The notes under the pieces are model-generated. The model ran no database searches and had not been told where the DNA came from. It worked only from the letters and a program-made list of their open reading frames with translations. A stretch of 64,000 bases of DNA from Octopus vulgaris. Its lineage: Eukaryota. Positions 15,445 through 27,500 of the stretch are shown here, piece by piece. The stretch is taken from NCBI GenBank assembly GCA_951406725.2, contig OX597816.1:122822001-122886000 (forward strand), written 5' to 3'. The position numbers were made by a program, and so were the translations under genes. How positions within the stretch are numbered: the stretch's first letter is position 1; every line of letters starts with the position of its first letter.

Positions 15445-15445
<1 letters not shown>
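12310..15445 (+). mobile_element. 5'-truncated R4/Dong-type non-LTR retrotransposon (RT, CCHC and restriction-like endonuclease), frameshifted
   Basis: RT motifs NYRPITCL, DYRKAFDSVPH, GIFQGDS and YMDDLKL; CCHC knuckle CRICDTFDETIEHLVLGC; RLE motif RPDII..LIEVSVP..K..KY. About 150-bp 3' UTR. Flanked on both sides by (TAA/CAA)n. Confidence 0.9.
12325..15291 (+). pseudogene. Disrupted RT-RLE ORF of the R4/Dong element (pieces 12325-13401, 13335-13676, 13754-14023, 14170-15291)
   Basis: Collinear ORF fragments are separated by frameshifts and stops, including a local duplication of atgattgtagagaattgcaaaaac at about 13362-13421. Confidence 0.88.
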
Positions 15446-15500
<55 letters not shown>

Positions 15501-15561
15501 CAACAACAACAACATCGAAAAATACCTTAGTAATGAGAACCCATGTTCGAAATTTCCACAA

Positions 15562-15607
15562 GACACCTGATGAAGGCAGAAGGGTATATCAGCCGAAACG
15601 TTGTGCT
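15562..15607 (+). ncRNA. Minimal hammerhead ribozyme motif
   Basis: GACAC-CUGAUGA-A-GGCAG...CAGCC-GAAAC-GUU-GUGCU. The conserved core is intact, stem II has one mismatch, and stem III is the loopless palindrome ACGU (dimer type). Confidence 0.6.
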
Positions 15608-15922
15608 AACAACAAACAAGATGAGGACAAATATCCGTCACATGTAAATAATGTAAATGATTAAATGCATTGAAAATTCCTTAAAGAAACTTCAGTATGA
15701 AAGATTTTGCATGTCCTGTTTCGAGATCACTATATCACCACCTTGGAGTTATTGCTGAATATATTATTTCTCTTAATTCTCCATACTTAAAAATCTTTGA
15801 GAAATGATAGCTGCTGTAGCAGAAGTGATTTACACTGTCATTATGCGTGAGATATTTTCGTTTTGACTCATCTAGGCTTAAATATCCGAATATCAGTTCC
15901 ACAAGCCTTTTCGTCCAAGCAG

Positions 15923-16385
15923 ATCACATGACCACATGATTAAACGAACTTGTTGTTTGTATTGGTCGGTTTCCAGCTGTCCAATCGTTTTGGCGCAACA
16001 GTTCATTTTTCCTTACCCGAAAAAAAATTAAATCACCAGCTCCTGGGAGCCTACTGATCTCTATAAGAACGGCAGTTCTCGACTGCCCTAGGTCTTTGGC
16101 ACACGCCACTGACCACGCTACTCGTCTCCGGCAACGATGTATCTGACACCAGCCAGCCTCCGCTTTCATCTTCTCCACCAGACGCCTGTCTATATCATTG
16201 CTGTGTGAAGACCACACGACCAACAGACCAACGGCTGCCTCTACACACCACCAAACAGTATGTCAACTATGTCCAGCCTAACCGTGAAGTCTCTCACACA
16301 TCTTTGTTGTAACCTGTTATGTTATTTTATTTCATATATGGCAATCATTGTATTTTATAACGGAAAATATATCGTCGCTCACCAG
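15923..16385. mobile_element. About 460-bp GC-richer insertion, possibly a solo-LTR-like or other repeat fragment
   Basis: Abrupt compositional change, CAG at both junctions, and removal rejoins a minus-strand reading frame. Family not recognised. Confidence 0.35.
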
Positions 16386-18344
16386 TGCCTTTTATCTCAA
16401 GTAGTATAACATTTCCACATTTCCTCATTTACTCATCTCCGTTACACTGCCCTAGATACATCACATTAAAACTGTTCCTACTTGCTCCACCTTGGAGTAA
16501 GTTGGAGCATGCAATGGAGCATATTCAAAAATTATGTCCGCATCATTCCAGTTTTCATTTCCAGTTATGTATTTTATTAAGTAACGCCCTCTACACCTGA
16601 TTGTCATTTTGGTTTATTACCTATAAATAAGGTTTAATGGTCCATAGTAGGTCCCTGTATAAACTCTGGCTTGTAGACCGATAGATCTACAGAACTCACA
16701 AATTTCTGCTGACATGTTGTTCTTCCTCCGCCATTTGGAGTAATGGGACAGAATAATACAATTGTTGCCATGATCATCTGTATATATTTCCGCATTTTCT
16801 GGTATTGTGTAGTTGTGGGGCATAAATTTTTACTCAGAACATGTTACACGATTTTCTACCTCTATAATATCATCAATGCGTGTAATATAATAAAGCGCCA
16901 TTTTCTCTGAATCCTGATTTATATTACAGCTAGATATTTATTTTAAATAACGCCTTACTACAGACGTAATACCCAACTCTTAACCTGCAAATTTTTCATA
17001 CATCTTCTAAGATTTTCATAAAATAGAATAACAAGCATATATATATAATATATTTGTGCATGCGTGCGTGTATGCGTGTGTGTGTGTGTATTACTTGCAA
17101 TAAAACCTGATAACATCGTTTATCTGTTTGTTTAGGAGCACTAGATGAAAATATGAATGTATAAAACTGGGTTTGATTCACATAGAAACGTTTACGAAAC
17201 AAGACAATCCCCAAAATACTATTGTTATATTCTATGCCTAGCAATAAATTTAGTGTGAAATACCTTTTTCAAGATTATCGTTGTATGTCATTACCTAAAC
17301 ACCTATATACATATACGCCATAAATATATGCTCTACGAAGAAAAAAGTACAAAACAAAAACCACACGGAATAAAATGTGTGCTATTACCGAAGAAAACGG
17401 TTGACTGAGCAAAGTGTCTAGTAAATTCACATCTGCGAAAAAGTATCTTTCTAAGCTCGTATGGTTTTTATCTTCACTGTAAATAGATATAGTCAATGTT
17501 GCGACAAAATTTATCGTTACAATCTTTCAAATAGAAACAGCATACTTTATATAATACACTTTGTGCTAGTATTACTAATAATAGAGATAGAGTATCTACA
17601 GCGGAAAACGCTGATCAAATTCAGCGTTTCATTGGCTAACATTTTATTACTATATAAGCAACCCAAGGCTACCAAACCACAACTTAAATAACTACTGTTT
17701 CTACCATTTATTGTTGTTAATGATATAGTAACACACACACACACGTATACACACATAAATATATATACAAACATATGAGTATGTACATGTGTATGTATGT
17801 GTTCTTGTTTGACACTTTCTAAACCGGAAAAAAAGGATTTAAACGTTTGAAAAATTAATATCTAGGCACAATCTGGCACTAAACCAACTTCCACATTAAA
17901 TGGTCATTGTTCAGGTTAGATGAGCTTTCATTGAGCAAAAACATTGATAGATCACCTAGATCATTGATTAGACTGGATCATCAACAGCTATCAATCAATT
18001 GTACTTTTTACGAGGCATTCTATCATAGAAGGTACAATAACAATTTTTTTAAAGTACTTCATAAATCATTTGATGCTAAATTAAATAACTGTTGAATATA
18101 TTTCTTCTAAAAATGTTCAAGTTTACTTTTGATACTTTCAGCTTACATCGGGTCTCATTTCAACATAACACAAGATCATGGAAATAGAATTAAAAATGAA
18201 ACCCCTCATAACGGTTGCGTTTCTGTCAATCAAGTGTTGTTTGGTTTATTACCATATAGGATTATTACATATTCCATAAGTCGTATTTCATGCTGAAAAA
18301 TATTTAGTAAAATTTGATTGACCAACGAAATTTTACTTAAAAGT

Positions 18345-20506
18345 ATGAGTGTGGATGCTTGTATGTATCCTGGACAACGCCATAGGGTCGGGCTCGAGAC
18401 ATTGTAGGGTTAAGCATGATGACCTGTGCTTCTACCATGCAAAGTTTGGAGAAAAGGTGACAAAGTGCAAACAACCATGTAGCTTCAGAATCCCTTCACC
18501 AGTGACCCAGGGAAACTCCAGGGTCGGCCGCCATTGAACACCCTGGTGGCCGGCAGACATGACCAAATGCTCCTCTATGTCCGCGATCGCAGCTCCGGAC
18601 ACAGGTTCCTCATCGACACAGGAACAGAAGTCAGCGTGATCCTGCGTCGGCGCCAAGGAAAGCGGAGCCAGCCTTTAACATCCGCCAACGGGTCCACAAT
18701 CGAATCATACGGTCGTCGCACCCTTTCTCTCAACATCGGCTCACAAAAATACACATGGGCATTCACCATTGCCGATGTCCATCAGCCCATAATCGGTGCA
18801 GACTTTCTTCGAGTACATTTGCTACTGGTGGATTTGCGGGAAAATGACTCCTCGATAACAACACATACGCTTCTGTGCCTCTTGCAACATTTGCACATGC
18901 CGCCCTCCGCATAACAGCCATTTAGCAGACCAAGAACAAATTCTTGGATCTTCTCGTAAGTCGCCCCAATTTCACCACTCCGACATTCTCCAAACCTACA
19001 GCCTTCCACGTGACACACCACATCTCCACCACCGGCCCCATCCCCAGTGCACAGCCGCGCACGTCGACTATCGCCAGACAAACTTGCAATCGCAAAGGCC
19101 GAGTTCAACGATATGGAGGCATTGGGTATAATTCGTCGATCAAGCAGTCCCTGGTCATTATCCCCGCATGAAGCCCTCACATCGAACGGAGGTTAACGAC
19201 CCCGCGGAGATTACCGCCGTCTCAACGCGGATACAACACCTGCCCGTTACCCATTTCAAACATACAAGATTTTTCAGCCCAGCTAGCCGGGTGCTCGGTT
19301 TTTTCCAAGGTTGACCTCATCCGAGTATACCACCAAATACCAGTACAAGACAACGATGTACCGAAAACCGCTGTTATCACTCCTTTCGGTCTGCATGAAT
19401 TCCTACGTACATCTTTTGGGTTGAAAAACGCAGCACAATCCTTCCGACACCTAATAGACACTGTATGCAGGGGTCTTGATTTTGTCTTCGCATACTTAGT
19501 TGATATCCTTATCGCAAGCCCAAAAGCAGAGCTACATAAGAAGCACCTAGTGACTCTTTTTGATAGGCTGGAACGGTATGGTTTAATAATCAACCCCGCC
19601 AAGTACGTTTTTGGAGCGACAGAAATCGACTTCTTGGGACATCGAATCACAAGTGCCGACGCTACACCCCCGCCAGAAAAAGTAAAATCTATCCTATACT
19701 TTCCACGCCCCACCACAAGCAAGGCTTTACATCAATTCGTGGGCATGGTAAACTTTTACCATCGTTTCATCCGACACAGCTATTGGGGGGGGGGGGCGTT
19801 TTGGAACAACATATCAACAGTCAATGGCGACCTCTCGCCTTCTTCAGCCGACAACTACGACCCCCTGAACAGAAATACAGTGCGTGCTTTTGACAGGGAA
19901 TTACTGACTGTCCCTGTAGGTGTCCGCCACTTTCGATATTTCCTTGAAGGCCGCACTTTACAGTATTCACGGATCACAAACCACTCACCTTTGCTATGAG
20001 CAAGCTCTCGGGGCCTTAGTCTGCACGCCAACAACGACAGCTATCGGCAATTTCTGAGTACACCACAAACATCCATCACAAGCTAGCAAGGGCAACCCAG
20101 TTGCCGACGCACTCTCTCGTGCTCCTTTGGCGAACAGTCTCGTATTTCTTTGGTGAACAGTCACCAAAGAATCGAGTAGCCACACGCAAGGGCAGGACAA
20201 TTAAAACGCTTTCTCGTTTCCAATGACAGTCTACAGTTCTGGGTGGGGAGCTATGTAGGGCAGGGTTCGTGACAGATGAACTGTTGACAAAAACTTTGCT
20301 GCGGGCTAGCTAGGAAGTTGGTCAGCAGAAAAACAGGACTTCAAGAAGGAGAACCAAAAACAAAATAGTGTCAACGGCGAGCATGTAACGAATCTGTGTG
20401 AAATGAACAGAAATAGCTGGCGATTTTAACTCTGATGTACGTAAAGTAATAAACCTTTGGTAAATGTATTCTCGTCTCCACTAGTTTGTTTGCGTATAGC
20501 TTAACA
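18345..20506 (+). mobile_element. Ty3/Gypsy LTR retrotransposon remnant (gag C-terminus, protease, RT, partial RNase H, integrase deleted, PPT, 3' LTR)
   Basis: CFYHAKFGEKVTKCKQPC gag motif; FLIDTGTEVSVI aspartic protease with IIGADFL; RT FGLKNAAQSF and AYLVDILIAS (decayed YLDD); RNase H FDRELL..VRHFRYFLEGR. Multiple frameshifts. Confidence 0.92.
20254..20506 (+). repeat. Putative 3' LTR of the Gypsy remnant
   Basis: Starts TGTA right after the polypurine tract GGGTGGGGAG, contains AATAAA at about 20448 and plausibly ends TTAACA. The right boundary is uncertain because no 5' LTR is present for comparison. Confidence 0.6.
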
Positions 20507-20767
20507 AAGCTATGCGTGTGTTCAGGAGCAAAAAGATGACACTTTCTCGTGAAATGCAGTGCAAATACACATATAATACTTAACATTGAGATTATATAAT
20601 TTGTATATTATGTTATGAAAGATTTTATTTGTCATTCATTAATATAGTGAATGGAATTTTACACCTAATATAGTTCATATAACAAATGCTCGCTTAAGCT
20701 AGCGATGTGCATGTTGTTTTTTCAGAAATTAAAATAGTGGTAGATAAATTAATACTCCGGGATGCTC

Positions 20768-20837
20768 TTACATCATGGCAACGGGAAAAATATGAAAATA
20801 GATTGATGCAACTAAGCGCTATTACATCATAGCAACG
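20768..20837. promoter_or_regulatory. Duplicated RFX half-site-like motif cluster (candidate promoter)
   Basis: TTACATCATGGCAACG (about 20768-20783) and TTACATCATAGCAACG (about 20822-20837), with TGATGCAA between them. Lies upstream of the CpG-depletion boundary. Confidence 0.35.
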
Positions 20838-21820
20838 TAAGATCTCAAAGGATAACTTTCCATAGCATTGGTGATATTGTTTTTACCTGTATTTATGATA
20901 TATGCCTCTTTGAGAACGCTATTCCACTATATCACACAGATTTAGAAGATACATTAAGCATCTCCTTCTCCCGTTTTCTAACTGGAACTACACTATATCT
21001 ATCTATTCATTCGCTCTTCAAACACACTACCTTTGCGCCTTTATTTACTCTCTCATATCTTTCTTTCTCGCCCACTCTTTTTCCCTTTCTTTCTAGATCA
21101 CTCTCTTCCTACACCCCGCTCTCGTTCTCCTACCTTTTGCAAGTCTTACGTTTCTACAGAATGTGAGCACGTGCATATCGCTTATTTTAAGGGGAGTAAA
21201 TGAAAACAAAGTAACAGCTACACACAAATATACATCGACAACATGTTTCCACGCAGTTTCCGACAACCAAAATTTTATCTCAAGGCGTTGGCCAAGCTGA
21301 AGCTATAGTACAAAGCATTTGCAAGTACCACATAGTATGGCCGAACTCGAAACCAAATAGTGGCGAAGTAAGCTTCTTTAATCGCACCACCATGCTTATG
21401 TATTGTATTCACATATTTAACATGCATGTATACAGCCATACACACACACTCACATACATACATATTTGTATGTGTGTGTATGCATGTGTGCGTCATATTG
21501 TTTGTTCTTATGTGTATTTGCTCATAAAAACATTCAAACATTAACTGATGATTCACTCAATATTTCTAAGGAGTTATCTCATTCCTTTCTAAACGGAAAT
21601 GTATCAATCAACACTTCGAAGTTTCACCGATCGCCGGCTTCATCTCATGTGAGCGTACACACATAAACACGCACATACATGCATACATATATATTCTTTT
21701 ATTCTTTTACTTGTTTTAGTAATTTAACTGAGTTCATGCTGGAGCACCACCTTGAAGGGCTTTTAGACAACAAAACCAAGGTTGTGTGGAACTTATAGGA
21801 CATTTATAAAGGGAAAGGTA

Positions 21821-21868
21821 GTCTTACAGCTGTTTCTGAGATATTAGGGACATCCCTTCATCAGAGTC
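21821..21868 (-). ncRNA. Type I minimal hammerhead ribozyme motif in a Penelope-like repeat fragment (about 21780-21985)
   Basis: Minus strand reads GACU-CUGAUGA-A-GGGAUGU-CCCUA-AUAUCUC-A-GAAAC-AGCU-GUA-AGAC: complete core, 7-bp stem II, palindromic AGCU loop III and a GUA cleavage triplet. Confidence 0.7.
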
Positions 21869-22019
21869 GATATGAGAGTGTTAACTAGAAAGAAATAGTA
21901 GAGTTCAATATAAAGAGTTATTTTAGAAAGGGTTGGATGTAAGAAGTATAAAGGAAAATAAGAGGATAAAAATACAAATAAATATATATATATACGACGG
22001 GCTTTCCTGCAATCAAACC

Positions 22020-22800
22020 TGTAGACAATGAAGCAATGGATTACTGGCTGGCAACTCAAGCTGGCTGTGGGCAAGCGTACCATCATATATTTTGGTAGGA
22101 AAAACCCAGTTTTTACATACTTCTTCCACAACACAAATCATAAGAAATCTACTAGTGAACGTGACCTGAGCATTATTGTCAACAATGATTTGCGTTGGAC
22201 GAAGCACATTTTGAAACTCTCAAGAAGGCTCAATGTGTCATAGCACTACTCAAAAAGAACTTTGTCAGCTGCTCTCCAGCTGTTTATCTAAGGTTGTATG
22301 TTACTTTGGTACGTCCACAATTAGAGTTTGCCTCACCAGTCTGGAAGCCCTATCTAGCTCAGAATATTGATCTTCTGAAAACTGTTCACAAAAGTGCAAC
22401 CAGACCATTACTTCGCCATCAGGCATCCATCATACTCTGAACGTCTTGCTTCCCTGGGCATGGACACATTAAAATTCTGACAACTGACTTATAGACACCT
22501 ACAAGATTATCCCCCATCTTTCCAAAAAAAACCTTGGGCACCTTTTTTTTGTATTACATATACCTAACATAACTGGATATGCTTACAAAATCAGAAAACA
22601 GCACAACACCTTTTGAAAACATTTTTTCACGCTCAAAATTGCTGAAGAATGAATAAACTACTCACATCAGTTGTTAGCTGTCGGGACACTATATCCTTCA
22701 AAACTTTCATGCTTCCTGAAATTTTCCAAAACTACACGTGATGTCCTTTTTTAATGACTCATTCACAGTTCTCTCTCCTGTCTTTGTGCATTATTCTATG
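22020..22800 (+). mobile_element. 3' fragment of a CR1/L2/Jockey-group LINE
   Basis: ERDLSIIVNNDLRWTKHI and LYVTLVRPQLEFASPVWKPY..IDLLKTVHKSATR are typical of the ORF2 region C-terminal to RT. Frameshifted. Confidence 0.85.
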
Positions 22801-23508
22801 TAGTGTATATATATGCACCTTTGATTACGTTTTCTTACGAATTGTAGTCACCTCAGCACTGTATATGATAAATTCCTTATTATATTTTATGATATACATA
22901 TATTATATTCATCTTCCTGCACGTCTTAGTAATTATTAGGTATTTTGCATATTTTTACAAACTACCTCTTTCTATTTATCTTCTATTTTTTTTATTTTGA
23001 CACACATTAAAGATTCTGTGTTAGATATGATATGTTTTCTCTATGCTGTTTTTAATTAAATAGTATCTTCCTTTATGCCTATATCATACTATTCCTAGCA
23101 ATAGATTATATTTTTCAAACTTATAATAAAGTTAATATAATCCTGTGTATAGATAATGTCATTTTTGATGAGTTTTTATACTTAATTATTCTAAATTAAA
23201 ATATTCATTAGACAACAAAGTTGGTGGTGGGAGAGTGAGGTAGATGGGGTGCATAAGAGATGTATGGTCGTAGTGAAGGAGACGAAATTGGTGGTCCAGT
23301 GTGGGGGTGATCAATGTAACATGAAGAGGACAATATTAAGGAGAAAGGTTTGATAGGAAGTTAGACGGTTCCGGATAGTGAGAAAGATAAGCGATGTCAA
23401 GGAAAAGCTACAGTTAGAGTATAATGGGTGGTGGGGCTATCTTGAAGAGGATATTAGGTGTTAGGTGACACGCACACACATATATATATATATATAGAGA
23501 GAGAGAGG

Positions 23509-23540
<32 letters not shown>

Positions 23541-23639
23541 GAAGTCACCTGGCTATAAAATTCTATCTCATTAAGCCTCAGTCCAACCTAAGCCAGCATA
23601 GAAAAATACGCATAAAAATGAATGCAAATATGTAAATAT

Positions 23640-23880
23640 GGTGAGTGTGCATGGCTTGGAGGTTAGAGTTTTGTTTTAATGATCATGACATGATGGTTTT
23701 GATTCCCGGACAAGACAATGCAATATTCATGAGCAATACGCTTCATTATACTTTACTTCAGTCCACTCAGCTGGCAAAAGTAAGTAATTTCTGTGATGGT
23801 GTGGTGTCCCACCAGGAGAGGAGCATGTACACCACAGAATTTGGGAAATGAACCTTATGTGCTTATAGCTCAAGAAGGAT
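23640..23880 (+). mobile_element. Decayed tRNA-derived SINE, V-domain-like
   Basis: A/B-box-like head followed by ctgtgatggtgtggtgtcccaccagg, homologous to the better-preserved copy at 62500-62795. Confidence 0.55.
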
Positions 23881-24551
23881 CCCCTGGATTTTTTGTATTC
23901 AAGTGGTCAAGGTTTTTAATATACAGCTAAATCAAAAACAACATCTGGAATTTTAATTTTAAAAAATGACCACATTCATATAACACCTTTTCTCTCCCTT
24001 ACATTAATAAATACAAAAGAATTTTAAAAAGGCAAGACATTGAAATGTAATTATAATTCTTACTGGAGAAGATCAAACAACATCTGGCCTTCCAATTATA
24101 AACCTTGACTACTTGAATAAAAAAAATCCCTTTCCTTCCCCATCCAAAAGGTCAATAAAAAAGAAAAAAAAAACAACATATTGAATTAAGCAAGTTTGAT
24201 CACACAGATACAGAAGCCATGCTTTCCTCTCCCTTTCAAACTTTTTTCTTTTTATTTTCCCTCCCTCTGCAAATCACCAAAACACTCTTTCTACTTCTCT
24301 ATCTTCACTATCTCTCACTTTCTCCTCCACTCTCACCCCTGCACCTTCCTTTCTAATTTGTCCCTCTCTTTCTCCCTTTCTCTCTCTTTCTAAAACATCA
24401 TCACTTTCAATTTTATATAAAAAGGCCAAGCAAACTTATTACAAACCACTTTTTTGAATAGAAATATATATAATATCCAACATTCTGATTATCTTTTTAT
24501 TCTCAATATACAATATTTGTACATCACTTTGTATCTATCTATCTATCTATC

Positions 24552-24595
<44 letters not shown>

Positions 24596-27500
24596 CCAAA
24601 AATCTGATTGAATCTTCCATGAGTTAACATGTACCTCCTTGCAACAATGTAAACTTTCATTTAATCATATTGTTATGTATTTCTCTATGTTAATGTGTAT
24701 ATGCATGTGCAATATTAGTTTTACATTTTGGCACAAGACCAGATATTTTGAGGTGGGGATGGTGGGGAAGCCGATTACATTGACCCCAGTGGCCAAATGG
24801 TATTTTATTGACCCCCAAATAGATGAAGAGCAAAAGGCGGCCTTGGTGGCATTTGAACTCAGAATGTAAAGATGGAAGTATGCATGTATAATATTACTGC
24901 TAAAACAACTGTTTGATATACTAGCATAGCTGTTCCAACTACTGCACATTCTATTATCAACCTAAATAACACTTGCTTACCTTTAATTTCGTTCAATTGT
25001 CTTTGAAACCCAATTCTATGCTTTGTCTTTATAATAGTCAGATGATACTTTGTTTCACAGAGGTTAATAGATTGCAACCAGACATGTGTATGCATACTGT
25101 TACACATGTAAATACACAGTTTGTCTTATGCATGCAAACACATGCACATAAATTTGTGCACACACATAAACATGCACATCGATTTTGTAGTGAATGCAAA
25201 TGTATCCTTGCATGTGTATGTAAGTGTGTACTTGTGCATGTGCACATGTGTGTGTAAAGGTATATTGTAATACTCAACACTTAAACTTATATACACTGCC
25301 AAATTGATCTGGCTGTCTCATCAGCCACAGTGAGAAACACGTCCCCTTGTTGTCACAAATGATTTTCCTTCTTTTGCTAAAGTAGAAGACTGTGTAGTAA
25401 TAAGATATTGGAAGATATATCAATTGTGAAAGTGGAAGAAGGGGGATGAAACGTGTAAAAGGTTCAGAGTGAAAAAGAAAAATAATAGAGGTGCAAAGAA
25501 ATTAAAAGATGTGAAGAAAAAGAAAAAAAAAGTATTGAATGATTCTGATAGGAACTTAATAAAAACAAACTCTTGAGTGACAAACTATGATGGTGTGGCT
25601 GAGTGAAAAATATGATGTGTGAAAATGAATGGGAGTGACAGATAAGTGGAAAACAAGAAAGTGAGAAATTACTGTGAAAGTGATAATCGGAGAGTTTGTA
25701 TCAGATGACATTAAGAGTTAATAAGGGAGATGAGAGGCAGCTGGGATAAACATTCCTAACATAGAAAAGGTGAGGAAGATATCTATGATACAATATTTGC
25801 AGAGAGAAGAGGGTAGAAAAGTATATAGCTGAAATTGATTTCGGTGAAAGAGATTTGTGTTAGATTAAATGAAGATAGACACAGATAATTGGCACTGAAT
25901 ATTGATTTTCTAACTTTTGCACCAATGGTAGGGAGAGAGTACAGATATTATATCAGTATTGTTGCATTACTGGTATTGATTTTGCATTGACCGTAGAAAG
26001 ATGAAACACAAAGTTAATCCCAGTGAGATTCAAACATGGATCATAAAGGAATATAACTAAATACAGTAAATTATCTGGTGCTATACTGTTTCAGTGTCTC
26101 TGTAACATAAATTTATATATAATATGGAGAGAAAAGGAAAGGAAGTGATTGACAGTTAGTAATAATATTGAAAAAGATGTAGAGAGAAGCTTGTACCATA
26201 TATTTCTTGTATTGTGTAAAGACCAGATATTTGGAAGGAGGTTACAGTAGACTTTGTTGACTCCCAGTGCTTAACTGATACCATTGGTATCAACCCTAGA
26301 AAAGACAAAGGCAAAGTTGACCACAGCAGAATTTGAACTTAGAATGTAAAAGTATGCAAGTATACTACAGGGATGTTTTTCCACCACTACCAATTCTACC
26401 AATCCACTGCTCTAAAACTTGAGATGTATACTGATAAGGGGATAAAAAAGCTACCTACATGCAAAATGAATGTTATACAGTTTATAATTAAGCACTGATC
26501 TTATGCTGCTTAGTGACTTGATATCTGGTGACAAATTGAAGTGCAAATTTGGTCATCATTGATTGACTTTAAAATAACAGCACTGTTCGTTGTCATATTG
26601 CTACACACCTAACTTGTGATATTCTAAGAGACTCTATCAATTAGAGTTGACTATATATATGCTCCTGAAAAATTCTTCTCCAGAATGCAGGCCTGTCCAA
26701 GGATTATACATACATACATACATACATGTATATATGAACGACCAGTAGTTACCCATATAAGAAGTCTCCTTTCATGCTACTGATATCATTCAAATGAAGA
26801 TAGATAAGATATAGTTTGGTGCTTGTATAAGCTAATTGAGAACCAAACAGCTGGAACAAATACTAGAAGGAAATTTGTCTGATATTTCAACCATTCTCAT
26901 TCACTATCCTGTACTGATATAGTTTATGTTATCGATTCTGGAAGGATAAAAGGTAGTTTTCTTTGGCAGGATCTGAACACAGAATGTAAAAAGCCAGAAC
27001 AAGTACTATAAGATATTTTGACTAATGTTCTTACAATTTTGCCAACCACAGTCTAAATCACTGTGATATTAATTCTATAATATATAATTAGTCCATCTAA
27101 TAATAGGAATTTGTTATTATGAAACACCACCTTTAATCAGCTCTGTTCAAAGAGACCTATAGAGAAAAATCATTCTTGATATAAACATCTTGTGTTTTTC
27201 TACATTTTTTAATCATTGTACTTCGAATCATATTATCTCTCCTTTAAGAATTTAGAACCATGGTTCCCCAATAGTGCACTGGATCAAATATGATCAGGAC
27301 TGTCGCTAAGCCCTTGCAACCCACGTGGTTTCAGGGGGCCTCCGCAGTTGAGGGTCCCCATGTTAAGATCCAAGTATGTAGATGAGTTATCTCTTTACTT
27401 TGGTTAAGATATTGAAAAAGAATTAAACTATCTATGTTAACTGAAAATTTCAAGAAATAAAATGGTAATACATTGTACTTGCAAAAGTTCTAGTAAAAAT

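Larger units (their letters stand above)
11931..15658. mobile_element. Fold-back (inverted-repeat) non-autonomous element with hammerhead cores, interrupted by the R4/Dong insertion
   Basis: The left arm (about 11965-12173) is the reverse complement of 12198-12224 plus about 15505-15658. Direct repeat GATTAAAT lies at 11923-11930 and 15659-15666. Confidence 0.8.
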
